Of a stretch of 64,000 nucleotides of DNA, positions 12,580 to 25,149 are shown piece by piece; positions within the stretch are counted from its first letter, which is position 1, and the number at the start of each line of letters is the position of its first letter. A model generated the notes under the pieces. The model saw only the letters and a list, made by a program, of their open reading frames with translations. It ran no database searches and was not told where the DNA came from. The stretch is from Eledone cirrhosa (Eukaryota). A program made the position numbers and the translations under genes. The stretch lies in the NCBI GenBank assembly GCA_964016885.1, contig OZ024742.1, positions 96,906,001 to 96,970,000 of the forward strand, given 5' to 3'.

Positions 12580-14740
12580 TTTATTAAAATAACAGATTAA
12601 AGTTTAAGCAAAGAATCGCTGCTTTCACCCTTAACGGGATCTTCTGAAACTAACAGAGTCAATCTGTAAACGCAGAAGTGGATATTTCAAAAAACGTTGC
12701 AACCGGAGGAAGACAGGAAGACGATACTTTGGTTCGTGGAAACGTTCCCTGGCAAAGAACGGGAAAAAACGAATATAATACGTCATTAATAGGAGCGGTG
12801 AAAAACAATTACGCGCAAAGACAAAGAGGTCGTAGACTAATGTTCTCTTAGGTGGTTCATAGAGACGTTCTCTGGCAATGAACGAAAAAAACGAAGATAA
12901 TATGTCATATGTGGAGCGTAGAGAACAATAGCCCGCAAAGACAAAACCACGTAAATTATATAGCAGAAGTCGTAGACTAAAATTCTAACTAGGAGACCGA
13001 ATGAATCTCCGCTACAGAGTTAAGAACAAAGTAAATAAATACAATACAGAAGTAATAGAAATAAATAAATACATATACTCAAACAAATACCTACATACAC
13101 AAGCATACGCAAAACACTTACCATAGGTATACAAAATCACGCACATATAAATATGTGTGTGTGTGTATGCGTGTATACAAATAAATAACTAATTATATAA
13201 ACGTATATAAATAAATAAATACGTATATAACAAGCGCACACACATACCTACATGTAAATACACGAATGTTCGGAGACGTAAGTCAACCAAAACATGAAGT
13301 ACACATATACACACACCCTACATATGTACGAACCTTCATACTCACACAGACGCAAAACTCCCGTATACACATAGCCAAACCATATGTACCAGAATATATA
13401 AATTTATACGCCATAACATAAACAATCAAATATACGTACGAGAAGGTATACGTACCTTCACAAAACATACAGGTATTATATACTTACCTATACAAATAAG
13501 TAATGGTATAAACAAAACATATACTTAGCTCCCACATCAAGACGTAAAATATCGACGTATAGATCGTACTATCCGTTAGGGTATAACGTGGGGCTGTAAT
13601 ACAGGAAGGTTTTGTGCAATTTATGTTTACAAGCCGAAATTGCCTCAGATTTTTTGTTTAAGATGTGGTCTGTGGCGTAGAGTATTTCCAGGGCCTCAGC
13701 GGCGCAGAGGTCACATGGTCTTTTATTTCCGTTATACGATCTAGCCCTAGCTAGGATCTTCCAGTGTAACTTATATTGGGTGTAGTTGTCTTTTAGACTC
13801 CAGATATAATCTGAAAGTGACGTCATATTCCTTTTAGAGGGTAACGAAAAGAATGGGTATGCATGTAAAGACGCTGCTTGAATCTATTGGCGGTTAACCC
13901 TATCTAGGCCCTACGGGACGTGGGTGTTACAACCTTACATTTGTAGACAATGTTACTAGAGAGGCATTTCCCGGATAGGGGGTAATCAACCCGATTCCTA
14001 CAATTGCAGTTAGTACTAACTACAGGGTTGCACGTGTTCCTACGGCTAGGTAGTTTAGCTAAATTTGAAGCTGTGATGTTATGTGCAATGTTAGGAGTCG
14101 AAGAGTAAGAAATTTTAATAGTATTTCTATTAGAAATGTTACTATATTTATGTGTAGGGGAAAATGCTTCGTAATAAGGGAAAGAAAGATCTTAGCTAAT
14201 GGTGTGGCCACCTCCATATTATATGGTGGGTTATACCAACAAATGCGACGGGATCTATTTCTTCTAGGTCTATTTTCGTACTCTGTATATGCTACCTTAT
14301 CGACAAATCCACTTCGAGCAAGAGCTTCATTGTAATAAGTGGAATGGTCATTGAAAATACGCTCGTTGGTGGAAAGACGGCAAAGCCTCAACGAAACGTT
14401 TCTTACCAGGTTCTTGGTTATGCTGGCAGGATAGTTGGAATGCTTACTTATGTAATTAAGCGTATCATTCGGCTTTCTATACGGATAATACAACCCATTC
14501 AATAAATTGAGAGTAACGTCGAGGTAATTAACGACCGAGAGATTGGCCTCAACCTGTATAGAGGGGTTGAAGCCTTGTTAGTTTCAGAAGATCCCGTTAA
14601 GGGTGAAAGCAGCGATTCTTTGCTTAAACTTTAATCTGTTATTTTAATAAATATTTGCTCTACGGTTCTTATATATTTGATATATATTTATCCTTATCGA
14701 GCCCTCTTTAGATTTTAGTCTTCAAGTTTATTATTATTAA
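12580..14740 (-). mobile_element. 5'-truncated Penelope-like element (RT C-terminus, GIY-YIG, pseudo-LTR) with an inverted pseudo-LTR at the truncated end
   Basis: NYLDVTL.L.NGLYYPYRKPN...YISKHSNYP (14059-14530); CNC...P...CL..NIVYKC; TSLSDYIWSLKD...WKIL...CDLC..E (13569-13826). 12580-12655 is repeated inverted at 14575-14652. Confidence 0.9.
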
Positions 14741-14741
14741 C

Positions 14742-14990
14742 ACCGGGAGTGTTAAAAAACAATTAAGTGTAAAGAGAAAAACAATTTCTGGTTACTATAA
14801 CCTAAGGACAGCTATCAAGTCTCTCACTGGTACTGCTAGACTAAAGAAAGGTTTACTAGGTTTCCGTCCCACCTAGTAAACCTTTCTTTAGTCTAGCAGT
14901 ACCAGTGAGAGACTTGATAACTGTCCTTAGGTTATAGTAACCAGAAATTGTTTTTTTCTTTACACTTAATTGTTTTTTAACACTCCCGGT
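14742..14990. repeat. Hairpin with 120-bp arms and a 9-nt loop at the 5' end of an HHR-bearing insertion
   Basis: accgggagtg...tactaggt TTCCGTCCC acctagta...cactcccggt. Confidence 0.95.
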
Positions 14991-15149
14991 ATTTTTCTAT
15001 ATATTTACCCCATATTGTTTTACTTATTGTTTCGACTCCCCCCCCCCCTAGTATCTTCTTTGACCTCCTGCCCAGCCGTCGTTGGCACTATCAACGCACG
15101 ACTGTGTTTATTCCACCCCCTCTCCCTCTTTCTTCTACTGGCAGGTTCA

Positions 15150-15438
15150 GCTACCCGTTCCCTCCACAAATTGCCATGATAGAATTATTATGTCTCAACA
15201 ACAAACTTTTGACCAATCCTTGTGACAATCACTTTTACCATATATGGAATTACCCCCTGAGAAGCTCGGCTATTCAAATACCAGGATAAAAATGTTCATT
15301 TAGTCCAGACTTAGCCGTCGAAACGGCCTAAGCTCAGCCGTCGGGGTCCTACACGTTCCTATTACCCACTCTACTACCATAAGTATTGAGTACTTTGGTG
15401 CATTATGGTCCACCTGGTACCTTACCACATTTCCTTCG

Positions 15439-15505
<67 letters not shown>

Positions 15506-15783
15506 AACGAGTAGGACCCCGACGGCTGAGCTCAAGCCGTTTCGACGGCTAGTTCTGGACTAAATGAACATTTTTATCCTGGTATATGAATAGACGAGCT
15601 TCTCATGGGGTAATTCCATATATGGTAAAAGCGATTGTCACAAGGATTGGTCAAAAGTTTGTTGTTGAGACACAAAATTCTATCATGGCAATTTGTGGAA
15701 GGAAGGGGTAGCTATTACCCACTCTACTACCCATACTTTGGTGCGTTATGGTCCACCTCGTTCCTTACCACATTTCCTTCGTT
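15150..15783. repeat. X-Y-(TA)n-X(inverted)-Y-(TA)n arrangement
   Basis: 15150-15360 is inverted at 15502-15713. 15361-15440 is repeated directly at 15714-15783. Confidence 0.9.
15253..15346 (+). ncRNA. Type-I hammerhead ribozyme variant with long stem II (inverted copy at about 15517-15610)
   Basis: CCCC-CTGAGAA-GCTCGGCTA...TAGCCGTC-GAAA-CGGC ctaagctca GCCG-TC-GGGG. Core reads CUGAGAA rather than CUGANGA. Confidence 0.65.
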
Positions 15784-15876
15784 ATATATATATATATAAA
15801 ACAAACAAATAGGTCATCAGTCTACATGGCTGTATACAATAAATGTAATCTGAGTTTTTCGAATATTAGTAATAAT

Positions 15877-16063
15877 TGTTTCTACTTTAGGCACAAGGCC
15901 AGCAAATTCACCAGTGCATTACTGGTACTTTATTTTATCGACCCCGTAAGGATCAAAGGCAAAGTCAACCTCGGCGGGATTTGAACTCAGATCGTAAAGG
16001 GACGTAACTATGCTGGAAAGCATGGCGTCCGACCTTCTACCGATACTGCCAATCCACCACCCT
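15877..16063 (-). mobile_element. SINE family A, full length with 13-bp target-site duplication
   Basis: TATTAGTAATAAT at 15864-15876 and 16064-16076. The empty site is visible in the paralogous segment near 16490. Confidence 0.92.
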
Positions 16064-16539
16064 TATTAGTAATAATATTTTATTTGTTTGCAATGATGCA
16101 GATAGCCTCTTTAAGCCATGTCGGTAGAATGACCCCCTCATTCTTGCTCTTGTGTAAGCATGCAAACAGAGCTGCAGACATTAATGTTTTTGAGTTATTA
16201 CCCTTCATCGGTTCACCTGCCAACTATCAGAGCTAGTGAAAATATATGCTATTTTCTAAATTATAAAGTGACAGATAGACCTGATTTGCATATTATCAGG
16301 AAGCCTGATCAGTCAGATTTGCATATTAGTAGACCCACTGATCAGCCAGATTTGTATATCAGCAGATAAGCCAGTCAGTTTCAGGTATACGGGCGATTAA
16401 TGGTGATTAATGCCATATTCAAATAACAAACAAATAGTTTATCGCTCTTCATGGCTGTATACAATAAATGTAATCTGAGTTTTTCGAATATTAATAATAA
16501 TATTCAATTCATTTGCAATTATGCAAACAGCTTCTTTAA

Positions 16540-16760
16540 CCCTTTAGCATTTACATTACTCTATATTTACTATTGTATTTTCATTGTAAAGGCTTTGCCT
16601 CAGATAATTATCTCACATAATATCGAATCTACGAGATTTTGATGTTATTTATTTTGAGAACAATAACTCAACATCAATATGAACGGCCGGTTACAACCGG
16701 TTTGAACAGAAAAGGGTGAGAGAATTCTGGCCGGATATGGCCGGTTTAAATGCTAAAGGG
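16540..16760. mobile_element. piggyBac-type MITE (221 bp)
   Basis: TTAA|CCCTTTAGCATTTA...TAAATGCTAAAGGG|TTAA. Second copy at 63718. Confidence 0.88.
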
Positions 16761-16980
16761 TTAAAGCCATGAGACTGACTGCTGATATGCCATTGGGCCC
16801 ATGGAGGGTGGTAGTTCTGGTGTGGTAGTTTTACAAGTGTGAAAGCTGGATCAGGAGCAAGGGAGGGATCCAAATGAGGAATTGGAGGGAGGAAAAGAGC
16901 TGCGGATGGGGAGCTTTTAGTGATTGCATGCATGCTTGAAAGAAGGAAGGGGATATATATAAACAAAAGAATTCACATAC

Positions 16981-17361
16981 ACGCTCTCATCAGATAAAAT
17001 ACAAAGTTTGTTTTATAAATATTGACATATCCAGGAAGGAGATCTCAACAGTTCAAGTTTTTCCTGAATAGTCTTCAAAGGTTAAGATCTCCTTCCTGGA
17101 TATGTCAATATTTATAAAACAAACTTTGTATTTTATCTGATGAGAGCGTACCAAAGTTTTGGTTCCCTTAGAAATATATATAATAGAATAAATATGGTTT
17201 TATAAAAATAGTTTCCATTTATTTAATATCATTGATATTATACTCCAGAAAACCTATCAAGTGCTTCGAATGAGTTATAAATATATATAATGATATTAAA
17301 TAAATGGAAACTATATTTATAAAACCATATTTATTCTATTATATATATTTCTAAGGGAACC
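16981..17361. repeat. Two adjacent hairpins (65-bp and about 73-bp arms) ending near a (TA)n tract
   Basis: Arms 16981-17045/17085-17149 and 17161-17233/17289-17361. CTGATGAG at 17137. Confidence 0.92.
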
Positions 17362-17394
17362 ATAATTACCAACAAATTAAATATCCCTTTTTCG

Positions 17395-17395
<1 letters not shown>

Positions 17396-17463
<68 letters not shown>

Positions 17464-17712
17464 TTATATATATATTTATATATGTATATATATAAATATA
17501 TTCATATATATGTATATATATTTATATATATATTTATATATATATTTATATATATATAAATATATTCATATATATGTATATATATTTATATATATATTTA
17601 TATATATATTTATATATATATAAATATATTCATATATATGTATATATATTTATATATATATTTATATATATATTTATATATATATAAATATATATATGAA
17701 AATATATATAAA
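17396..17712. repeat. (TA)n and compound TA-derived minisatellite
   Basis: Repeated tatataaatatattcatatatatgtatatatattt blocks. Confidence 0.9.
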
Positions 17713-18210
17713 TATCCATACATATAAAACTCTGCTAATACACAAAGTGACCTTATATTCACCACCAGTTGTTGCTAGAGATTGTCTACTCATCTCCATA
17801 TATTTTCTCAGTCTGAGTAGTGAAACGTTGCTATGAATTATTTATATATCATATTATCAATTAAGGTGAAAATAAGCCTACAGTCTTTTTTTAAATACAC
17901 ACACATACACAGATCTTTCAGCCATCTTGATGTTACTCAGATGATAATTTAAAGAAATACTTCTTCCTCTCACACTTTGTTACAATTCTATAGAGATGAC
18001 TGACTTGCCATTTATATTGGCAGTTATCACAATTCTATTTTTTCTTTCTGTTGTTTTATCTTCTCTGCCGTTATTCATACTGATGCTTTTGCTGCTTTTT
18101 TTTGTGTACATTTCTCTCATGGTTTTTTATATTCCCAACCAATATTCCGTACTTTTTCTAGCAGTAGTAGCCAGAATCATAAAAATTAAGATAATATTGA
18201 TAATAATGAT

Positions 18211-18400
18211 TGTTTCTACTTTTGGCACATGGCCAGCAATTATCCCAGTGAATTACTAGTACTTTATTTTATCGACCCCGTAAGGATGAAAGACAAAGTT
18301 AACCTCAGCGGGATTTGAACTCAGACCATAAAGGGCCGTAACGGTATGCAGCAAATCATAGCGTCTGACCCTCTACTGATGCTGCCAATCCATCGCCCTT
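18211..18400 (-). mobile_element. SINE family A
   Basis: Family consensus match, flanked by (TAA)n. Confidence 0.88.
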
Positions 18401-18681
18401 AATAATAATAATAATAATGGTTTCAGATTTGGTAAATGGAATAATTGTATTGTGTTGTTTATTACATATTTAAATAGCTCTGTAGTATACATAGAGCACT
18501 CTCCTTTCCTTTACCATTTCTATGGAAATACTTCACATACATATATATATATATTCATTTAGGTTTGTTGGTTCACCACTGGATAGAACTGGTCATTCCG
18601 TATAGTCAACCGTGATGTAATATTAGGAAAAGCAACAGTCCAGCCTCCTGTCATTTTATTCAATAATACATACATATAATA

Positions 18682-20059
18682 TCTTTATATATATAAAAGC
18701 GAGGATGTGTGTTGTCTATGTACAACTTTGGATACCTAAGGCTTTTACAATTACCTACGGAATTTGACAGAATTTTCTGTGCACGTTGCACAGGTCGCTA
18801 AGGTGGTCACATCACAAACATTTTTCAAATCGACCCAAGTTAAGCAATAAAGAATCGATATCAAAATTATCGGTAGCAAAATTGATGTAAGGGAGATAAC
18901 CAACTTTATTTACAATCCTTATAAAAAAAGGGAGATAACCAACTTTTCAGAAATATAAACATCAGATTCATTTGAAGATAAATCACTAATATTATCGTCT
19001 GTTTCTTGTTTATTCTTTGTTGCACTTTCAATGTTAAAAAAACACTTGTTGTTTTAACTTGTTTCACTATATTAAGTGTTAATTTTCGCGGTAAGGGCCT
19101 AATCTCGCAGCAGTCTCGAATTGACGAGATTTTGATGATGGTTTGTTTATTTTTAGAACAATACTTATGGGACTTTCCATTCAAACCATTGGGACCTACA
19201 GCTTTTACATATTTAAAGTAATTTCGTTCACTCCTCCAAAACTATGCAATGGTACACGCCTTGTGGTTAAAAAACTGTCTCCACTTAGTATTGACGCTAC
19301 CATTCTATCCGGATGTGGAAAAGGCGAGAATGTGATAATAACAAAAATTAGCCTGACTACATCAGGCGTGGATACTCCCTTCTCCTTTCGCCGAACCCAA
19401 TTTCCCCTTCGTGTTGCCTTTGTGATGTCCATAAACAAGTCACAAGGTCAAACTCTATCCGTCGCTGGAATTCACTTGGATAAACCTTGCTTTTCGCACG
19501 GACAATTCTACGTTGCCTGCTCACGAGCTGGCAGTCGAGATAATCTCTTTGCGTTTGTTCCGAAAAGAAAAACAAAGAATATCGTTTATCCTGAAGTGCT
19601 TTAGTGTTAACAAAAAAAAAAAAATTACAGCTCTGCCTTGACTTCACCTTACTCATTACAAAACATAACAATGAATATGTCATGCAGAATATTTGGGATT
19701 ATAAGTTCAAAATGTAACCATACACAACAAAGGTTGCTCTCAAAGAATAGATTTTCTGTGTGTATACAACTCTGCTTTCATTACAACTTTTTGTACTTTA
19801 GCAAAACTGCCTGTTTTTTTTACAGATTTGCAACGTGTATTGTCTTTAATCATTTGTATAACTACATCCTGTTCAGTGTTTTCCTTCATTATCAGCATAT
19901 TTTTATGTGTACAAAGATTGCACTAAATATTCGTTTGCATTAATTATTGAAGACTTCTGCTTATTTTGACAGGTTGGGACAAATAATGTTCTTTTACTTC
20001 CTAGCTGTATATTCTTAGCATAATTTCAAACCCCGAGCAACGCCGGGTAAGTCTGCTAG
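18682..20059 (+). mobile_element. Non-autonomous Helitron with both termini and a Pif1-type helicase C-terminal fragment
   Basis: 5' A|TC; 3' CCCGAGCAACGCCGGG hairpin then CTAG|T. 19230-19604 encodes LCNGTRL...QFPLRVAFVMSINKSQGQTL...FSHGQFYVACSR. Confidence 0.93.
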
Positions 20060-20767
20060 TATTATATATTTAACTTTGATAGGTTTCGGCCATCGTTGTC
20101 CCAAGCCATCTCTAACTTAACAGCACCACGTGGCAAAGTCTTTCAGAATATGGGTTTACAACCTAATCATGTTTTTCCCGGACATATCCGAGGCTTTTTT
20201 AAAATCTCTCTGGCCAGATTCATCATGTATAAGAAAAGAATTTTCCTGTTTATCAAACTACTGGTGTCTGGAGTTGTGTGGTCATGCTGTTTAATAAGAT
20301 TGTTTGTCAATATGTTTGCGGCTGTTTGGTGTTTGGGGGAAAATCTGGACCAGCACTATTACAACAGGGGCGATTTTACTGTAGGTTTGGTGTTGGCTTT
20401 ATTGGTGCTCCGATTCCCCAGAAGATGAGTAAAGCGACAATATTGTTGCAGACATAATCTGTCGCATTGGAAATAACCGTATATTTTAGGATTCCGTATT
20501 ACACGTGTGTGTGTTTCAGTATGATTTAGATTTAGTAATTGCCGGTGGGGGCAATGTTATTGTAGGATATGTGTTTTGATGTTTGCTGTTGTTTGTTTGA
20601 ATTATGCGTCTTGTCACAGGTACTGTTTGGGCATAATCTATTGTGCACTAAATACATATTTTTGGATTGCAGCTGTGTTTGTCTTGAGGTAGTTTGAGAA
20701 GGTATCCTATTTGAGAAGTTAGCATGTGAATAATAGTTGGTGTTTACCTCGTCATTCATTCTGCTAA

Positions 20768-20950
20768 TTGGCAGTATCAGTAGAGTGCCAGACACTATGC
20801 TTTTCAGCATAGAGTTATGGCCCTTTACGTTTTGAGTTCAAATCCCGCCGAGATTAACTTTGCTTTTCGTCCTTACGCAGTCGATAAAATAAAACACCAG
20901 AATTACACTGAGATAATTACTGGCCTTGTGCCAAAAGTAGAAGCAATAAT
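20768..20950 (+). mobile_element. SINE family A (diverged)
   Basis: ttggcagtatcagtagag...gagttcaaatcccgccgag...gtgccaaaagtagaa. Confidence 0.8.
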
Positions 20951-21049
20951 TAGGAGTTTTTGTGTATGGTCTGTTTTATTTTTGTTGTTGTTGTTTCTGT
21001 GGTTGTTGTAGTTAAACTTGTTGTTGTGGCTGATTATTATTTGGATATA

Positions 21050-21212
21050 AAGTTATGGCCCTTTACGTTCTGCGTTCAAATCTTGCCGTGGATTTGTCTT
21101 TCATCCTTACTGGGTCGATAAAATAGAGCACCAATAATGCATTGGAGTCGATTTAATCGTCGACTTTCCCCTCCCCTTCAAATTGCTGGCCTTGTGCCTA
21201 ATGTAGAAACAC
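21050..21212 (+). mobile_element. SINE family A, longer variant, 5'-truncated
   Basis: Consensus match plus an internal gtcgatttaatcg...cccctcccc segment also seen at 39205 and 57505. Confidence 0.8.
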
Positions 21213-22246
21213 TTATTTGAATTTTTTTTTTTTTTGCAAAAGTCAAAGTTAGAATTTGATAGACCGCAATCAATCAGTTTCTACCAAAGATATGATTCCA
21301 TTTGGTTTCAGAATATCTTTAATATTTTTGTTTTATCCAATGGATTTTATATACTTTAGAAAATCAAACATAAATGTGTATTCTCAATACATGTGTTTCA
21401 CTCACAAAGTGCGCTTAAAAAATCATTGATAATTACATAAATATGACAAAGATTAATACAAAATTACATCATGAGAAAAGGGAGAAGTGGTAAAGTAGTG
21501 CAGATCTGGCTGTGTGGAAAAGCAGAGAAAATGATTATAAATGCCATAAATGAGCGGAAAGGGGGGAAATCAAAGACTCTTGGGCCACAGAAGAAAGGGA
21601 GCAGGATGTGGGTCTGAGTCTATGGCGAGGAGGTGGTGGACTCTGAGCCTAGGGCAGGGAGGTGTTTGGGCTGCACCCTGCAGACAAAACTGCAGAATTA
21701 ATTTGAAACATACCTCAATGTGCCTCAGTTTATCCAGATTCTGTTTCTCCTAATGGTTTTTTAGCATCTGTGATGATTTTATGATAATGTGGTTAAGACC
21801 AAAAACATTTTCTGCTTGAGAAATACAAAGCAATGTACTAATTGTAATGTTGATTTTATGCTCTGGCCAATTTTCTGACCAATTTTCTCGTTCCATTATT
21901 TTGGAGACATGTTGTGTAGCCTTCCATATGTATCTTTTAGTTTTCTTTTTTTCTTTACTGCTTTTTTGAAAATTGTAATGTATATAAGCAATATGCTAGA
22001 CGGTTCATGTTCACATGTTATTTAAATATTATCGTTCTAAATATGCACTGGTATTTCAAATATGCGCACCCGATTTTCTAGCTATGTACCTCCTTACCAT
22101 ACAATTTTACCTTTATTGTTTATATCAATACACTATTCTCTGAATACATATATCACTTATTCAATATTTCTCGCATTTTCAGTTTGATTTTCGAAACCTT
22201 CACTTTATTTTTGCTAGATGTTGTAAGTAACTCAATCTTTTTTATT

Positions 22247-22370
22247 TTTCCTGATGAAATTGAGATTTATGCTTGAATTCCATTTAAATTATTGAATATT
22301 AATTATTGGACTAATTAATTGATTCTGTATACTGGCGCTATATTTTTCTCCATAGAAACATTTGTAGGAA
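22247..22370 (+). ncRNA. Putative type-I HHR with a roughly 100-nt stem II insertion
   Basis: TTTC-CTGATGA-aattGAGA...TCTCcata-GAAA-CATTT-GTA-GGAA. Confidence 0.5.
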
Positions 22371-22449
22371 TTAAAGATGGAATTTGAATAACAACCTCAG
22401 TTTTCTTTATGTGTGCATGTGTATATATATATATATAGAGAGAGAGAGA

Positions 22450-23642
22450 GATGGACATGGAGATAGAACTGGACATGAAACAATTTGCCCATTATACAGG
22501 AGCAAATCATGGAATAGCTTAGATAGGGCTACACATAAGATAGGGAAAGCCACCTCACGGTACGACAACCAGAGATACCAGAGTGTCACGTTTATGGACC
22601 CTACCGCTGGAGGGAAATTAGCTAACCAGTGTAGAAAGGCCCTGAGAAAGACCTACTTAAGGATTAAGGTGGTAGAAAAGCCAGGAACCACCATAAAATC
22701 CCTGATCAGCAAAACCTACCCTTTTAAGAAAACCCATTGTACTAATAGGAAATGTATCATATGTAAGGTAAACCCCGGATAAACTGTAAAACTAGAAACG
22801 TAGTCTATAGCATAACATATACAGAGGGTACTTGCCAAAACATGACAACAACATACATAGGCGAGACAGCTCGTAGCATAGGTGAAAGGATAGACCAACA
22901 CTGGGGGGAACTAAAAGGACGAAAAAACGGTTCAGTACTATACGAACATGCCAGACAACAACAGGACGGTAACATAGACAATATAGAAATTAGAATAATA
23001 TCTAAACATAGAAATGACCCAGCAGATAGGCAAATCAGAGAGGCCAGTTAAATAGAACTTAGAAGGCCAAGGCTAAACAGAAAGAATGAATGGAATAACA
23101 ACACCCAAACAAACAACACTGACCTAAGAGAAGTATAAATAAATAGATAAATAAATAAATAAATAAATACATACACAAGCACAATAACAAAAAACACATA
23201 TAAACACACACTAGTAAAGATAGAATACATTAACCAATACACAGTCACCCAATCACGAATACACATCAAACAAAACACTATACACACACGCAAACGCATG
23301 CGCAAAGAAGACAAAATAAAATAAACAAATAAATAAATATATAAACAGACTAAATAAAGATGGCGTAGAAAATACAATGCAATGGGAGGAAACAATATCA
23401 CCACTGACGATGTTGCAGATGTGCAACGAAAGAACTTTGATAAACTATATATATGTGTTTGTGTCTATATTGTATCTGTATTATCTTTTACCGTCGGTCA
23501 GTCAATGGCAACATTGAGGACCGAGTAAGTTAGATTACCGATATAAAAGAAACAGAAGCGAAAAGCGAAAACCAACCAAACAGTGAATCTGTTCTGTTAT
23601 TAATTCTGGCAATATTACACAAATATGACCCTCCCCAAGTAT

Positions 23643-23648
<6 letters not shown>
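22450..23648 (+). mobile_element. Penelope-like element 3' fragment (GIY-YIG, HHR, pseudo-LTR)
   Basis: IKVVEKPGTTIKSLI..TYPF...C....CIIC; TYIGETARSIGERIDQH; RQIREA; LNRKNEW. HHR at 23400. Confidence 0.88.
23400..23441 (+). ncRNA. Minimal type-I HHR
   Basis: ACCA-CTGACGA-T-GTTGCA gatg TGCAAC-GAAA-GAACTT-TGAT. Intact core and a perfect 6-bp stem II. Confidence 0.7.
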
Positions 23649-23720
<72 letters not shown>

Positions 23721-23817
23721 CCTCACACACACACACGTGTATGTGTGTGTGCTAATCAGTTTCAACATCTAAACAAATTAATTTCCGTTCACGTCTTACT
23801 TTATCATAAAACTAAAT

Positions 23818-23818
<1 letters not shown>

Positions 23819-23880
<62 letters not shown>

Positions 23881-23897
23881 GTAGTAGTAATAATAAA
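23819..23897. repeat. (TAA)n microsatellite
   Basis: Direct reading. Confidence 0.95.
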
Positions 23898-23946
23898 CAT
23901 GAAAATAAAAAGACTAGAACAAAGAAAGCAGTTGCACGAAGAACAA

Positions 23947-24004
<58 letters not shown>

Positions 24005-25149
24005 CGTCTGCTATTTGAGTGTCTGATAATCATTCATTTTATCGGTGGAGCTTCTAATACCTCATGAATTTTATCAAATTATTACCTTTTAACAACTCCG
24101 GAAATTCAATTACCAAATTTTTAGCCACAAACTGCCAATATCATTGGAATTTGGAAGTACTTTACTTTTAAAAGAACATCAATTTTCAGCATTCAAAATT
24201 ATTGCATCTCACCATTATAAATTGAATTTAAAAAATATATAATATATACCATAAATGTTTAAATTATATATATATATACATAAGTAGGTATGGATTTATT
24301 CATATATACTGACACATATGTGCGTATGTACATGTGTGTCACTGTCTATGTTCATATATGTTCATGTCTGTCAGTATGTGTGTACACACATACTGACAGA
24401 TATACATACATACACACATTATCCATCTCAACATTTCATACACATTTCCTCACCTTGGTACATCTCAACATTCCTTTTTCAGATTTTTGCTTTCTCTCTT
24501 CAACGTTTTAATGTATCACACTGCTCTTTGTTTGCACTGTTTTTACACTGTTATTGAATTTACTGTTCTAAATGTTTACACACACGCATACATTTCCCCA
24601 CAAATACAAATTTCATTTCTCTGCTTTAGCTCATTCCCAACCTCCTGCTGCTGCCCATGCACCCCTTTTACCTTTCCATCCAATGGTCGATTTCACATTG
24701 ATGATCGGTTAAAAAACGTCACTATTTAGATTTATATCTAAATCATTCACCAAATGAAATGACCAACAGACCAACATGGTTAAAGGATCCCATAACAACC
24801 TACCAGTCTTTGTCCTCCTGTTCCTCACCACCACCATCTCATTCCAAGGAGCTAACTTGTATCTCCTTTCTCCGCCCCTCCATCGTCGGATTCAGTGGAA
24901 ATTAGCCGTATCCATCCCATTATTCACCCTACTATTCCCGTAACAGCTACCTTGCCTCAATGCCACCTGCCCTCAATTGTGTTCCACTGCCAGAGTTAAT
25001 GCTGATCACGCAGTTCCCCCTCTGCCTCTATCATTAACCTACCCCTACCATCATCTCCTTCCCGTCCGAATCATAATTCTAAGGTTGATTCTTCTGATAC
25101 TGCCAATTCACCACCAAACAGCACTCTCTGCTACCGTACTAGTCAATAT

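Noticed and set aside
19143-19604. Host PIF1 helicase gene
   Set aside because: Only a C-terminal fragment, enclosed by Helitron termini.
20090-20430. Possible Penelope RT remnant on the minus strand
   Set aside because: Only faint similarity (RDG-like motif), too degraded to call by eye.
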